The notes: generated from the letters alone by a model not told the origin. A DNA stretch of 64,000 nt from an uncultured Verrucomicrobiae bacterium (GCA_963726745.1 CAVSDR010000003.1:1056001-1120000); one strand, 5' to 3'. Numbered from the stretch's first letter, positions 48,192-58,731 are shown. A program made the numbers and translations.

Positions 48192-49226
48192 CTAAAACGC
48201 GGCCGCGGCCCGGGCGAGGACGTAGGCGATCAAACCAGTCGCCGGCAGGGTCAGGACCCAGGCCCAGACGATCCGCTCGACCACGCCCCATTTCACGCCG
48301 CTGAAACGTTTGACCGCGCCCACGCCCATGATCGAGGTGCTGATCACGTGCGTGGTCGAAAGCGGGATGCCATGCGAGCTGGCCACCTGGATGATGACCG
48401 CCGCGGTCGTCTCCGCCGCGAAGCCGTGGACCGGCTGCAGTTTCACCATCTGGTGGCCGAGGGTGCGGATGATGCGCCAGCCGCCGGCGGCCGTGCCCGC
48501 GGCCATGGTGATCGCGCAAAGGAAGATGACCCACTTCGGGATGACGAAAGTGGGCGTATCGAGAAAATGCAGCAGCGGCGGGAGCCCGGCGAAGGCGCCG
48601 CTGCCGGTAGCGGTGAAAAGCGCGAGGGTGATGATGCCCATGGTCTTCTGGGCGTCATTGGTGCCGTGGCTGTGCGCCATCCAGGCGGCGCTTACGAGCT
48701 GGAGCTTGCCGAAGATGGTGTTCACCAGATGCGGGGTGAACGGCCGCAGAATCAGGAGAAGCAAAAACATCAGCAACCCGCCGACGAGAAAGCCGACGAC
48801 CGGCGAAGTGATCATCGGCACGACCACTTTCGGGATCAGGCCGGTGCTCCATTTCAAGACCGACCAGTCGTTTTTGGCATAAGCCAGCGCGGCGCCGCAA
48901 AGCCCGCCGATGAGCGCGTGGCTCGAGCTCGAAGGGAGGCCGAGCAGCCAGGTGATGAGGTTCCAAACGATCGCGCCGGTGAGCGCGCAAAGGATCGCGC
49001 CCATCGTGATCACGTTCGTATCGACCATGCCTTTGCCGATGGTGGAAGCGACCGCGGTGCCCATGAGCGCGCCGGTTAAATTAAAGAAAGCCGCGAGCGC
49101 GATCGCCTGCCGCGGGGTGAGCACGCGGGTGGAGACAACCGTGGCGATGGCGTTGGCCGCATCGTGAAAGCCGTTGATGTACTCAAAGGCGATCGCCGCG
49201 AGGACGACGATGAAGAAGAGAAGCAT
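48192..49226 (-). CDS. pit: Inorganic phosphate transporter, PiT family
   Basis: NGFHDAANAIAT, GLPSSSSHALIG, HGTNDAQKTMG, GIPLSTTH. Confidence 0.94.
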   Translation of the reverse strand: MLLFFIVVLAAIAFEYINGFHDAANAIATVVSTRVLTPRQAIALAAFFNLTGALMGTAVASTIGKGMVDTNVITMGAILCALTGAIVWNLITWLLGLPSSSSHALIGGLCGAALAYAKNDWSVLKWSTGLIPKVVVPMITSPVVGFLVGGLLMFLLLLILRPFTPHLVNTIFGKLQLVSAAWMAHSHGTNDAQKTMGIITLALFTATGSGAFAGLPPLLHFLDTPTFVIPKWVIFLCAITMAAGTAAGGWRIIRTLGHQMVKLQPVHGFAAETTAAVIIQVASSHGIPLSTTHVISTSIMGVGAVKRFSGVKWGVVERIVWAWVLTLPATGLIAYVLARAAAAF

Positions 49227-49239
49227 GGCCGGGCCGGCT

Positions 49240-49878
49240 CTAGGAATACTTGAGCACGATCTGCAGGATGATGTTGCCGGCGTCGCGGCAGCGATCGATC
49301 ACCTTCTCGAGCATGTCGTAGATGTCGCGCAGAAAGATCACCTGCTTCGGCTCGTAATCGCCGTGGTAAAGCTCGCGGAGCAATTGCAGCTCGAGCTTGT
49401 CCGCCTGGCCCTCGATCGTCTGCAGGCGGTTGTTGCGCTCGCGCGCGGTCGCGGCATCGGTCCCGCGGCGGAGTTGCTTGACCATCGCGAGCACTTCCTC
49501 GGCGGCCTGGTCGAGCAGTTCGAGGTGGCGCTTGAAATCGATCTTCTCGAGCGCGGCCGGGGCGATGAGGACGTGCTCGCCGATTTTCTCGACCGTCTTC
49601 GGGATCTTGTAGAGCGCGGTCGCGAGCGCCTGGATGTCTTCGCGCTCCAGCGGAGTGATGAAGGTTTTGCAAAGCTGCTCGGTCAGCTCCTGCGTGATTT
49701 GCTTGTCCTTGCGCCGGCTGTCGACGAATTCCTCCAGGCTCTTGCCGGAGGCGTGATCCTGCAGCTGCCCGAGGAGCGCGATCAAGTGATGGACGCTGGT
49801 GTCGGCCTGCTGGGCGCTGGCCTCGAGGAGGTCGAAGAATTTCTGGTCGTGACCGAGAAGTTTGCGAATGGAGAACAT
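49240..49878 (-). CDS. Pit accessory protein (DUF47 family)
   Basis: KTFITPLEREDI, IEGQAD, LEKVIDRCRD; directly upstream of pit. Confidence 0.9.
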   Translation of the reverse strand: MFSIRKLLGHDQKFFDLLEASAQQADTSVHHLIALLGQLQDHASGKSLEEFVDSRRKDKQITQELTEQLCKTFITPLEREDIQALATALYKIPKTVEKIGEHVLIAPAALEKIDFKRHLELLDQAAEEVLAMVKQLRRGTDAATARERNNRLQTIEGQADKLELQLLRELYHGDYEPKQVIFLRDIYDMLEKVIDRCRDAGNIILQIVLKYS

Positions 49879-49916
49879 GGTGGCAGGTGGTGGGCGCGGA
49901 GCATCGTGCCTGTCGC

Positions 49917-50612
49917 TCAGCCTTCGCGCAAGCGGTAGCCGAAGCCACGCACGGTTTCGATCGCGCCCGCGGCTTTGCCCAGTTTTTTGCGCAGGCGGCG
50001 CACGTGGGTGTCGACCGTGCGGGTGTCGATCAGGGTTTCGTAGCCCCAGACTTCGTTCAATAACCGGTCGCGCCCCTGCACCCGCCCCCGGCGTTGCATG
50101 AGCATGCTCAGGAGCTTGAACTCCACGCTCGTGAGGCGCAGCGGCTTCCCATTGACCGAAACCGCGTGGCGCGCGGCATCGAGGGTGATCGCCCCGATCT
50201 GCAGCGGCTCCTCCGCGGCTTCGCCGTGGCCGCGGCGGAGGATGGCCTTGATCCGGAGGGCGATTTCCCGCGGGCTAAACGGCTTGGTCACGTAATCGTC
50301 CGCGCCAAATTCCAAGCCCACGATCCGGTCCACTTCCTCGGCTTTAGCCGTCAACATGATGATCGGGATGTGGCGGGTGGCGCCCTCGGTCTTGAGCGCG
50401 CGGCAGACTTCCAGGCCGGGCATCTTTGGCAGCATCAAGTCGAGGATGATCAACGCCGGAAGTTCCGCGCGCGCCTTGCGCAAACCTTCCGCCCCATCGG
50501 CGGCCGTGGCTACGGTATAGCCGCCGGTCTTGCGAAGGTTCAGCGCGAGCAAATCGACCACGTCCGGCTCGTCTTCGATGATCAGGATTCGATTGCCGGT
50601 GGCGGAGGTCAT
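49917..50612 (-). CDS. phoB: OmpR/PhoB family response regulator
   Basis: IIEDE, LDLMLP, GADDYVTKPFSPRE, RTVDTHVRRLRKKL, ETVRGFGY; context. Confidence 0.85.
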   Translation of the reverse strand: MTSATGNRILIIEDEPDVVDLLALNLRKTGGYTVATAADGAEGLRKARAELPALIILDLMLPKMPGLEVCRALKTEGATRHIPIIMLTAKAEEVDRIVGLEFGADDYVTKPFSPREIALRIKAILRRGHGEAAEEPLQIGAITLDAARHAVSVNGKPLRLTSVEFKLLSMLMQRRGRVQGRDRLLNEVWGYETLIDTRTVDTHVRRLRKKLGKAAGAIETVRGFGYRLREG

Positions 50613-50681
50613 GAGCTAGAGGAAAGCGTGCGTCGCGCGGCCACCATTGGGCCGTTCATCCGGCCTTCCTAGGAATATCTC

Positions 50682-51476
50682 ATGCGTCAATATCACGATC
50701 TTCTCCGGCTGGTGCTGACCGAGGGGCGGCCGCGCACCGATCGCACCGGCACCGGCACCCTTTCGCTTTTCGGGGCCCAGGCGCGCTTCGATCTCCGGGA
50801 GAATTTCCCCCTGCTCACGACCAAGAAGCTGCACCTGAAGTCGATCATCCACGAGCTTCTCTGGTTTCTCCGCGGCGAGACGAACGTCCGCTCGCTCCAG
50901 GCCGCCGGCGTCACCATCTGGGACGAGTGGGCCGATGCCGAGGGCGAGCTCGGCCGCGTCTACGGCGCGCAATGGACCGACTGGCGCGGCGCCGACGGCT
51001 CGCGCGTGAACCAAATAGACCGCGTGATCACGCAGATCCGGGAGAATCCCGACAGCCGCCGCCTGATCGTGAGCGCCTGGAATCCGGCCGAGCTCGAGAG
51101 CATGGCCTTGCCGCCGTGCCATCTCCTCTTCCAGTTCTATGTGCGTGACGGGGAATTAAGCTGCCAGATGTATCAAAGGAGCGCCGATCTCTTCCTCGGC
51201 GTCCCCTTCAACATCGCCTCCTACGCCCTGCTCACCCTCATGGTCGCGCAAGTCTGCGACCTGCGTCCGGGCGAGTTCATCCACACCTTCGGCGACCTTC
51301 ATCTCTACCAGAACCACCTCGCCCAAGCGCACGAGCAACTCGCCCGCGAACCACGTCCCCTCCCACGCATGCGCCTTAACCCCGAAGTCCGCGACATCCA
51401 CAGCTTCCGCTTCGAGGATTTCACTTTGGAGAACTACAATCCGCACCCGGCGATCAAGGCGCCGATCGCGGTTTGA
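50682..51476 (+). CDS. thyA: Thymidylate synthase
   Basis: [45 protein letters not shown]. Confidence 0.98.
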   Translation: MRQYHDLLRLVLTEGRPRTDRTGTGTLSLFGAQARFDLRENFPLLTTKKLHLKSIIHELLWFLRGETNVRSLQAAGVTIWDEWADAEGELGRVYGAQWTDWRGADGSRVNQIDRVITQIRENPDSRRLIVSAWNPAELESMALPPCHLLFQFYVRDGELSCQMYQRSADLFLGVPFNIASYALLTLMVAQVCDLRPGEFIHTFGDLHLYQNHLAQAHEQLAREPRPLPRMRLNPEVRDIHSFRFEDFTLENYNPHPAIKAPIAV

Positions 51477-51521
51477 GGCTGATACAGAGGGCTCCCAGAC
51501 AACAGATGAGGTTCTTTCTCC

Positions 51522-52010
51522 ATGGACATCCGCCCGTTTCTCTTTGTTATCGGACTGCCGCTGTTTATCGCCCTTTCCCTACTGGTGGCGTGGGCGACCA
51601 GGAGAAAATTCAAGGCACGGCAGGTAGCCTTGTTCGCTACGCTGCTTTTCACGGGACTCTTCACCTTTTTCCTGACTGGCTTTGGCCCGTTAGTCGACCG
51701 GAAGGAGACGCGCGAATATCCGATGACGTGGCAGATTAATGCGATTCCTTCGACAGCAAGAAAGGAAGCGGAGGTCGTGTTGTCGTTTGTAGATTTCCCG
51801 GGATACGAAATCGGAGAGTTTTCAAATGAACTCGCTGCCTATCTCCGCCAAAGGGGCGAGCAGCCGGTGAAGGTCGTCTTCGAGGTGACCATCGACTACC
51901 GAAAGGTGCGAGGCTTCCACGCGATCGAGGTGGCGGGACTGCGCTCATGGCGATCGGAATGGGGCTACGCCGGAATGAATGGTGTCCCGACGAAGTCACC
52001 GTGGAACTGA
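51522..52010 (+). CDS. Hypothetical membrane protein
   Basis: Two N-terminal TM segments and a soluble domain; somewhat lower GC. Confidence 0.65.
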   Translation: MDIRPFLFVIGLPLFIALSLLVAWATRRKFKARQVALFATLLFTGLFTFFLTGFGPLVDRKETREYPMTWQINAIPSTARKEAEVVLSFVDFPGYEIGEFSNELAAYLRQRGEQPVKVVFEVTIDYRKVRGFHAIEVAGLRSWRSEWGYAGMNGVPTKSPWN

Positions 52011-52123
52011 CGACGACCGTGCTCGAGGTATAGTTGGGAAGCACCGGCTAGTTGCCTGCCGCCGCTGTCCCCTTCTCACCGAGCTTGGCTCGGTGGGCGA
52101 ATCCGGTTATCAAGCGGGTCGCG

Positions 52124-52624
52124 ATGCAAGCTTCCCCCAAGACTTCGGCCTGGCTCTTCCTGCTTACCTTCGCCCTGGTTTTCTATGGGATGGGGGCGGC
52201 TTCGGTGGAGAGTTTCGTGAACTATCCGACGTGGCCTTTGATCGGGGCGAAGGAGTTCCAGGCTTATCACCGGGTGCTGGGCCCGCTGATCGTGGCCTAC
52301 ATGGTTTTGCCGATGCTTCTGACCACGGTCATGACTGCGCTCCTGCTCTGGATTCGGCCGGCGGCGATTCCTCGGTGGATGATCTGGGTGGCGCTGGCGT
52401 TGCAGGTGGGCGTGTGGGTGTCCACCGGGGCGATTCAACTCCCGATCCAGGCTCAGCTCGGGACGGAAGGTTTGTCGCTGCCGTTGATCGAGCGGCTGCG
52501 GGTGACGAGTTTTTGGTTTCGCCGGGTGCCGCACACGGTGAATGCAGTCCTCTTCCTTTGGATGATGTGGTTGCTGCTGCGAGACACCGCGCCTCGCACG
52601 ACCGCGGGCAACGCCCAGGATTAA
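52124..52624 (+). CDS. Hypothetical four-TM membrane protein
   Basis: Four hydrophobic segments; VNYPTWPLIG..EFQAYH. Confidence 0.7.
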   Translation: MQASPKTSAWLFLLTFALVFYGMGAASVESFVNYPTWPLIGAKEFQAYHRVLGPLIVAYMVLPMLLTTVMTALLLWIRPAAIPRWMIWVALALQVGVWVSTGAIQLPIQAQLGTEGLSLPLIERLRVTSFWFRRVPHTVNAVLFLWMMWLLLRDTAPRTTAGNAQD

Positions 52625-52637
52625 ACCGGCGCGTGCC

Positions 52638-54462
52638 TTACGCGTAAACCAACAGATCGATCTCCTCCGGCAGGATGTCGGAGACGTCGCGGATAATGTT
52701 GCCGCGTAGGAGATTGATCACGGCGCTGCGGCCGGGGGCGCCGAGCAGCAAGCGGGAGGCGCCGAGGGTGGCGGCGATGTCGACGATGGTAACGGCGGCA
52801 GAGTCGCTCACGGCGTAGCAGAAGAGCGGCGGCTGGTCGCCGGCTTGCGCTTTGGCATATTCGAAGATGTCGCGGGCCTCGTCGTCACCCTGCCATTTCC
52901 GTTTGCGATCGTCCTCGGTGATGAAGCGCTGTTCGCGCACGAAGAGCAGGTAAAGCCGGCGCTTGCTTTCGCGGGCCTCGCGCAGGGCAAAGTCGAGCGT
53001 GCGCCCTTTCGAGCGGACGGCGCAGAGCATGACATCGCCTTCCCCGGCAAACGCGGCTACCTCGCCGGGCGCGGCGCCGGAGACCTGGAGCGGCAGCGTG
53101 CGCGGGAGAAGCTCGGCGCTCTCCTTGCGCGCGCGGCGTTCCTGCACCAGGCCGCGCAGGATCAGGCCGATGACCAACAAAGTGACGACAAAAATGCGCG
53201 CGTTCGGCTTGTCGATCAGGAGCGAGAGCTCGATCGCGGCCATGATGACAAAGGTGGCCAACATCAAGCCGCGCTCCCATGGCTTCATCTTCAGGGAGCG
53301 GTCGGTCGAGGTGGCGCCGAGATTGGCCGCAATCGCGCCGACCACGCCGACCGCGTAGAGATCGGCCAGGCCGGCCATATCCTTGACCAAGAGCACCAGC
53401 CCCACCGGGACGGCGGTGGCGAAGATCATCGCGAAATTCGGCACGCCCCACTTGTTCAGGTTCTGGAAGATCTTCGGCATCTCGCGGTCGCGCGCCATCA
53501 GGAACTGGATCGTGATCAAGCCGACCACGCTGGTGTTGACCGCCGAGAGGAGCAGAAACCCGAAGACGACGCTGATGATCAGGCCGAAGAGATGCCCGGC
53601 GTGCGGCCCGAGCGCGCCGCCGACGAAATTTTCGCCCATGTAGCGGAGCATGTAATCGCGCACGCCTTCCGCGCCGGGCGCGTCGACTTCGCGGCCGGTG
53701 ATGTGCAGGCCGCCGAGCGCATGCATCGCCAGGCCGAGGAGCGCGGTGAAGAAAACCACCTCGACCATGACCATCAAAAGCGCGGGCGTCGAGGTCCGGC
53801 TGACGGATGGCTGGGCATCGGTGCTGCCGGGGTTGAGCTTCATCACGCCCGTGGCGGTGGCGATCGCTTCCACGCCAGAGAGCGCGAGGACGATGCCGAC
53901 AAATCCGTTCCAGTTGGTGAAGAAGCCGCCTTCCAGCGGCCGGAGATTCGCGACTGCCGCCCCGAGATGCGGCACGCTAAAAATAGCCAGCAAGATGACG
54001 ACGATGACCGTCGGGATGGAGATGAGCACCGCGAGCCCGCCGGTGTGCTTTGGGCCGAGTAAATTCAGCAGCCCGATGCGCGAGGATCGCGAGCGCGGCG
54101 AACTTCTCCGGATGCGGCACGCCCAGGTAGGCAAAGGCGGAGAGCGCGCTGATTGCCGCCGTGACCAGGTAATCGGCGATGAGCAGGAAAGCGCCGACGA
54201 TGGAGATGATCTCCGAGCGTCCGCGCACGCTGGCGTAGACGCCGCCGCCGTCCGGATAAAGCCGGCAGATGACGACGTAGTTGAGGCCGACCAGCAGAGT
54301 CAGCGCGCACATTGCCGCGATCAGCCAGAAGGAAGCGTAACCGCCGACGGCGAAGGCCAGGCCGATGACGTAGGCTTTGCTCGTGCCCCAGTCGCCGTAG
54401 AGGATCCCGGCTGCGCGCGGGATGTCGACGTTGCGCGGTCGCTTGATGTTGGTTTCTAGCAC
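52638..54462 (-). CDS. APC-superfamily permease with C-terminal USP-like domain; apparent frameshift near 54080
   Basis: LYGDWGTSKAY, YPDGGGVY, ADYLVTAAIS, ALSGVEAIA, LYAVGVVG; USP-like tail (AATLGASRLLLG...LLRGNII). Confidence 0.85.
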
Positions 54463-54594
54463 AAACGCAAAGGTGAGGCGGCGCGACGCTCGGAGAGACG
54501 CCGCGCGAAGTCAATTCGCGGGCCCGGGCCCGCGCGGATGCCGCGGCAAGTGCGTGCAAATACGGCGCGCCTGTTTATCGTCCGCTTTCGTCCC

Positions 54595-55026
54595 ATGAAT
54601 ATCTCCCGCCTTCTCCTCGCGATCCTGGCCGGTTTCGCCTTCATTTTTGCCAGCGACTTCCTCGTGCACGGCCTTTGGCTGGCGGCCGATTACAAGGCGA
54701 GCGCATCGCTCTGGCGGCCGGAAGCGGAAATGCAACGCCGCATCGTGATCATGCTGGGCGGGCAACTTCTCTGCGCGCTCGCCTTCGTCTACATCTGGGC
54801 GAAGACCGGCTGGCGCCGGCGCAGCGTGCTCGACGGCTGCGCCTTCGGTTTCTGGATGGGTCTTTTCCAGCAGGTTTGGGTGATCGCGAATTACGTGGTC
54901 ATGCCCATGCCGCTGGTCCTGACGATCAAATGGTTCTTCGCCGGCCTGGCCCAGGCGATCCTCCTCGGCGCGCTCGCGGCGCTGATCTACAAGCCGCTCT
55001 CCCTCACGCAGCAACGCGGGACTTAA
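54595..55026 (+). CDS. Hypothetical membrane protein
   Basis: Four TM helices; DFLVHGLWL..DY...WRP. Confidence 0.7.
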   Translation: MNISRLLLAILAGFAFIFASDFLVHGLWLAADYKASASLWRPEAEMQRRIVIMLGGQLLCALAFVYIWAKTGWRRRSVLDGCAFGFWMGLFQQVWVIANYVVMPMPLVLTIKWFFAGLAQAILLGALAALIYKPLSLTQQRGT

Positions 55027-55036
55027 CTTCATCATC

Positions 55037-56468
55037 ATGCTTCGAAATTCCTTCCTCGCTCTCCTGCTCACGGTAGCCGCAGCCGGCGCGCAAACGCCCT
55101 CGCCGTCCCCCACCCCGGCGCTGCTTTCGCCGGCGACGCTCACGGAGTTAAAGCAGCTGCAACAAGCGGCGCTGGAGAGCGATTACGCCTGGAAACAGGT
55201 GGCGCATCTCGCGAACAACATCGGCCCGCGCCTGAGCGGATCCGCGCAGGCGGCGAAGGCGGTCGAGTATGTCGCCGCTGAGCTGAAGCGACTCGGGCTC
55301 GAGGTGCGCACCGAGAAAGTGATGGTGCCGCATTGGGTCCGCGGCGAGGAGACCGCGGCGCTGGTGGAATTTCCCGGCATGGCCGAGGGGACCACGCAAA
55401 AGCTCGTCCTCTGCGCGCTCGGCGGGAGCGTGGCCACGCCGCCGGAAGGGCTCACCGCGGAGGTCGTGGTGGTGAAGGATTTCGACGAGTTGAACTCGTT
55501 AGGCCGCGAGAAAATAGCCGGCAAGATCGTGGTCTTCGATCACGCTTTCGATGAAGCCATGGCCGCGCAGGGCCGCTCCGGCGAAGCCTACGGCCAGGCC
55601 GTGGTTTATCGCAGCGATGCCGCCAGCGCCTCGGCCCGTTTGGGCGCGGTCGCGGCCCTTATCCGCTCCGTGGGCGGTGCGGATTATCGCCTGCCGCACA
55701 CCGGCGCGATGCATTACGCCGAGGACGCGCCGAAAATTCCTGCGGGCGCGCTCGCCGCGGAGGACGCGATGTTGCTGTCTAATTTAGCGCCGCAGGGGAA
55801 GCTGCGGATGCACCTCACGCTCACGCCGCAAACGCTGCCGGACGTCGAGAGCTACAACGTCATCGGCGATCTCAAAGGGAGCGCGCATCCCGAGCAGGTG
55901 GTGATTGTTTCCGGGCACCTCGACTCGTGGGATCTCGGCACGGGTGCGATCGATGACGGCGCCGGCGTGGCCGTCTCCATGCAGGTGGCCAATCTGGTGA
56001 AGCAACTGAAGTTGCAGCCTAAACGCACCATCCGCGTGATCGCCTGGATGAACGAAGAGAACGGCCTGCGCGGCGGCAAAGGCTACGCGGAGGCGCATGC
56101 CGCAGAGTTGCCGAATCACGTCGGCGCGATCGAGACCGATGGCGGTGCGGACCACCCGGTAGGGATCAACGTGAAAGGCTCGGCGGAGTTGAAAGCGGCC
56201 CTCGCGCCGGTGGGGAAAATCCTCCAATCGCAGGGCGCCGGGATTCTCGACCGGGTCGAGCACGCGGGCGCGGACATCAGCCCGCTGCTGCCCACCGGCA
56301 TGCCGCAGTTCTCCCCGATCCAGGATGGCCGGCGTTACTTTCACTACCACCACACCGCAGCCGATACGCTGGATAAAATCGTCCCGCGCGAGCTTGCGGA
56401 AACGGCCTCGATCAACGCCGTCCTCGCCTACGCGCTTGGCGAATATGGAGGAGACGCCGCCGCGTTAA
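55037..56468 (+). CDS. M28 family peptidase (carboxypeptidase Q-like); apparent frameshift near 56440
   Basis: IGPRLSGS, SGHLDSWDLGTGAIDDGAG, NEENG, YHHTAADTLDK; shifted end ANMEETPPR then TAA at 56466-56468. Confidence 0.9.
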
Positions 56469-56555
56469 CGAGTGTCGCGAATTGCGACAGCGGTGTCATC
56501 GATCGCGACGCGGAAACGCTGCCAGCGTCCCGCCTTTCCCTGCGTAAAGCGGTGG

Positions 56556-56571
56556 AGGCACGGGCGTTGCT
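56556..56571 (+). promoter_or_regulatory. Candidate sigma54 promoter
   Basis: AGGCAC-GGGCG-TTGCT versus consensus TGGCAC-N5-TTGCW. Confidence 0.6.
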
Positions 56572-56583
56572 AAGGCGAAGCGC

Positions 56584-56682
56584 ATGTTCGCCCTCACCGC
56601 TTTTCTTTGCGCCGTTGGTTCCGTGGTCGTGAGTGTCTTCTTCGCCTGCCGCGACGAGGCCGGGCCGACCGGCCAGGTTTAG
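56584..56682 (+). CDS. Unannotated 32-aa hydrophobic small protein
   Basis: MFALTAFLCAVGSVVVSVFFACRDEAGPTGQV*; single TM, GC-rich third positions, directly behind the sigma54 motif. Confidence 0.5.
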   Translation: MFALTAFLCAVGSVVVSVFFACRDEAGPTGQV

Positions 56683-56740
56683 TTCGGGCCGCTCGCCGCT
56701 TTACGCTGTCGCGAGGTCGCGTAGGTTCGCCGTCCCACGC

Positions 56741-57787
56741 ATGGCGGTCACACAAGAACAGATCAAAGAAGCGCTCAAGGGGGTGAAGTATCCGGGCTTT
56801 AGCCGGGACATTGTCTCCTTCGGCCTGGTCAAGGGCATCCAAATCGACGGCGAGCAGGTGACGGTGCAACTGGCGCTGGCCACAAACGAGCCGGCAATTC
56901 CGCGCACGATCAAAGCGGAGGCCGAGACGTTGCTGCAAAATTTAGCCGGCATCACGAGCGCGAAGGTGCTGGTGGATATTCATGCGCCACCGGCCGGGGC
57001 CAGCGGCGCCGCCGGCGTCGGCGCGACGCGCATCGAAGGGATCAAGCACGTGATCGCAATCGCCAGCGGCAAGGGCGGTGTGGGCAAGTCGACCGTCGCG
57101 GCCAATCTCGCGGTCGCGCTCGAGCAGAGCGGCGCGCGCGTCGGCTTGTGTGATTGCGACATCTACGGGCCGAGCATTGGGATCATGTTCGGCACGCGCG
57201 AACGGCCGACCGCGACCGAGGAAAACCGGATCATTCCGCTGGAGCAATACGGCCTGAAGCTCATGTCGATGGGCTTCCTGCTCGACGACAGTTCGCCGGC
57301 TATTTTACGCGGGCCGATGGTCACGCGTTATACCCAGCAATTTCTCCGGCAGGTGGAATGGGGCGAGCTCGACTTCCTCGTTCTCGATCTCCCGCCGGGC
57401 ACCGGCGACATCCAGCTCACGATCGTGCAGACGGTCGCGCTCGCGGGCGCGATCATTGTGAGCACGCCGCAAGAAGTGGCTTTGATCGACGCGCGCAAAG
57501 CCACGGTGATGTTCGAAAAAGTGAATGTGCCCGTGCTCGGCTTCGTCGAGAACATGAGCTACTTCATCTCGCCCACGGATGGTTCGCGACACGACATTTT
57601 CGGCCTCGGCGGCGGCGAACGCGAAGCCAAACGCCTGCGCGTGCCGCTTCTCGGCCAAATCCCGATCGACGTCCGCACGCGCGAGGCGGGCGACCGCGGC
57701 ATGCCGATCACCGCGGAGGATGAACAGTCGCCCGTGGCCGCGGAATTCCGAAAGATCGCGCAGCACTTGCGGAGCACGCTCGGGTGA
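56741..57787 (+). CDS. mrp: Mrp/ApbC Fe-S cluster carrier ATPase
   Basis: N-terminal SRDIVSFGLV domain, ASGKGGVGKST, DIYGPS, RGPM, DLPPGTGDIQL, VENMSYF. Confidence 0.95.
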   Translation: MAVTQEQIKEALKGVKYPGFSRDIVSFGLVKGIQIDGEQVTVQLALATNEPAIPRTIKAEAETLLQNLAGITSAKVLVDIHAPPAGASGAAGVGATRIEGIKHVIAIASGKGGVGKSTVAANLAVALEQSGARVGLCDCDIYGPSIGIMFGTRERPTATEENRIIPLEQYGLKLMSMGFLLDDSSPAILRGPMVTRYTQQFLRQVEWGELDFLVLDLPPGTGDIQLTIVQTVALAGAIIVSTPQEVALIDARKATVMFEKVNVPVLGFVENMSYFISPTDGSRHDIFGLGGGEREAKRLRVPLLGQIPIDVRTREAGDRGMPITAEDEQSPVAAEFRKIAQHLRSTLG

Positions 57788-57861
57788 AGTGTCGAGGGAT
57801 GACGGCACAGGCGATGCTAAATGAGAGGAAGTCGGTTTTGTTTTGACCCCGATCTGACGCC

Positions 57862-58110
57862 ATGAGTAACAAAGGAGAAATGTCCCCCGCGGAAGCAGAG
57901 CCCACGCAGTTCGTGAAGAACTCCGTGCTCTACAAAGAATTTCTCGCGGAGCGCGAGGAGATCCTGAAGCACAAGTGGATCGAGAGCGAGAAAGCCGGCT
58001 CCGATATTGGCTTCGAGAAAGCGCTCCTCGACTGGATCGTGAAACATCGCTCCAGCTGGCGCGATAAACGCCAAAAAGATGGGAGGAAGCAGCCCGCCGA
58101 GAGCCGCTAA
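57862..58110 (+). CDS. Small conserved hypothetical protein (DUF4032-like)
   Basis: EILKHKWIESEKAGSDIGFEKALLDW. Confidence 0.7.
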   Translation: MSNKGEMSPAEAEPTQFVKNSVLYKEFLAEREEILKHKWIESEKAGSDIGFEKALLDWIVKHRSSWRDKRQKDGRKQPAESR

Positions 58111-58127
58111 GCCGCTTCCTTTCCTGT

Positions 58128-58162
58128 TTCCTTTAACGTGATCCTGCGAGGTCGCGAAGGAA
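58128..58162 (+). promoter_or_regulatory. PyrR-binding RNA hairpin overlapping the pyrR ribosome-binding site
   Basis: TTCCTTTAA-cgtg-ATCCTGCGAGGT-cgcg-AAGGAA resembles the PyrR site (CUUUAA bulge plus UCCNGNGAGG loop). Confidence 0.85.
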
Positions 58163-58166
58163 GAAC

Positions 58167-58731
58167 ATGTCCGAAAACACCCCACCTCTCTCCCCCGCCG
58201 GCACGCCCGTGCTCGACGCCGCCGCCATTCGCGGCGCGCTCCGCCGCCTGGCGCACGAGATCATCGAGCGCAATCCCGACCTCGCATCCGTGGTCCTCGC
58301 CGGCGTTCCTTCGCGCGGCGTGGAAGTGGCGCGGCGGCTGGCGGATTTCATCGAGGAATTTGCCGGCAAGTCTGGTCGAGACCGGCGTGCTCGACGTCTC
58401 GATGCATCGCGACGATGTCGGGCAACGCGCCGACCTCCCGATGGTCCAGGCGTCCCATCTGCCGGTGCCGCTCGACGGGCGCACGGTCATCATCGTGGAC
58501 GACGTTTTCTACACCGGGCGCACCGCGCGCGCCGCGATGGACGCGATCGGCGGCTTCGGCCGGCCGGCGCGCATCCAGCTCGCGGTCCTGGTCGATCGCG
58601 GGCATCGCGAGCTGCCGATCCGCGCAGATTATGTCGGCAAAAATTTGCCCACCGCCGCGGGCGAGCGGGTGCGCCTTCGCCTAACGAACGTCGACCAGGA
58701 ACCGGACGCGGTTTGGCTGTTGAAAGAATGA
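58167..58731 (+). CDS. pyrR: Pyrimidine operon regulator / UPRTase PyrR; apparent frameshift near 58370
   Basis: [11 protein letters not shown]...GVPSRG then [38 protein letters not shown]. Confidence 0.93.

Noticed and set aside
51476..52640. Lower-GC hypothetical genes after thyA as a mobile island
   Set aside because: No integrase, tRNA site or flanking repeats; the compositional shift is mild.
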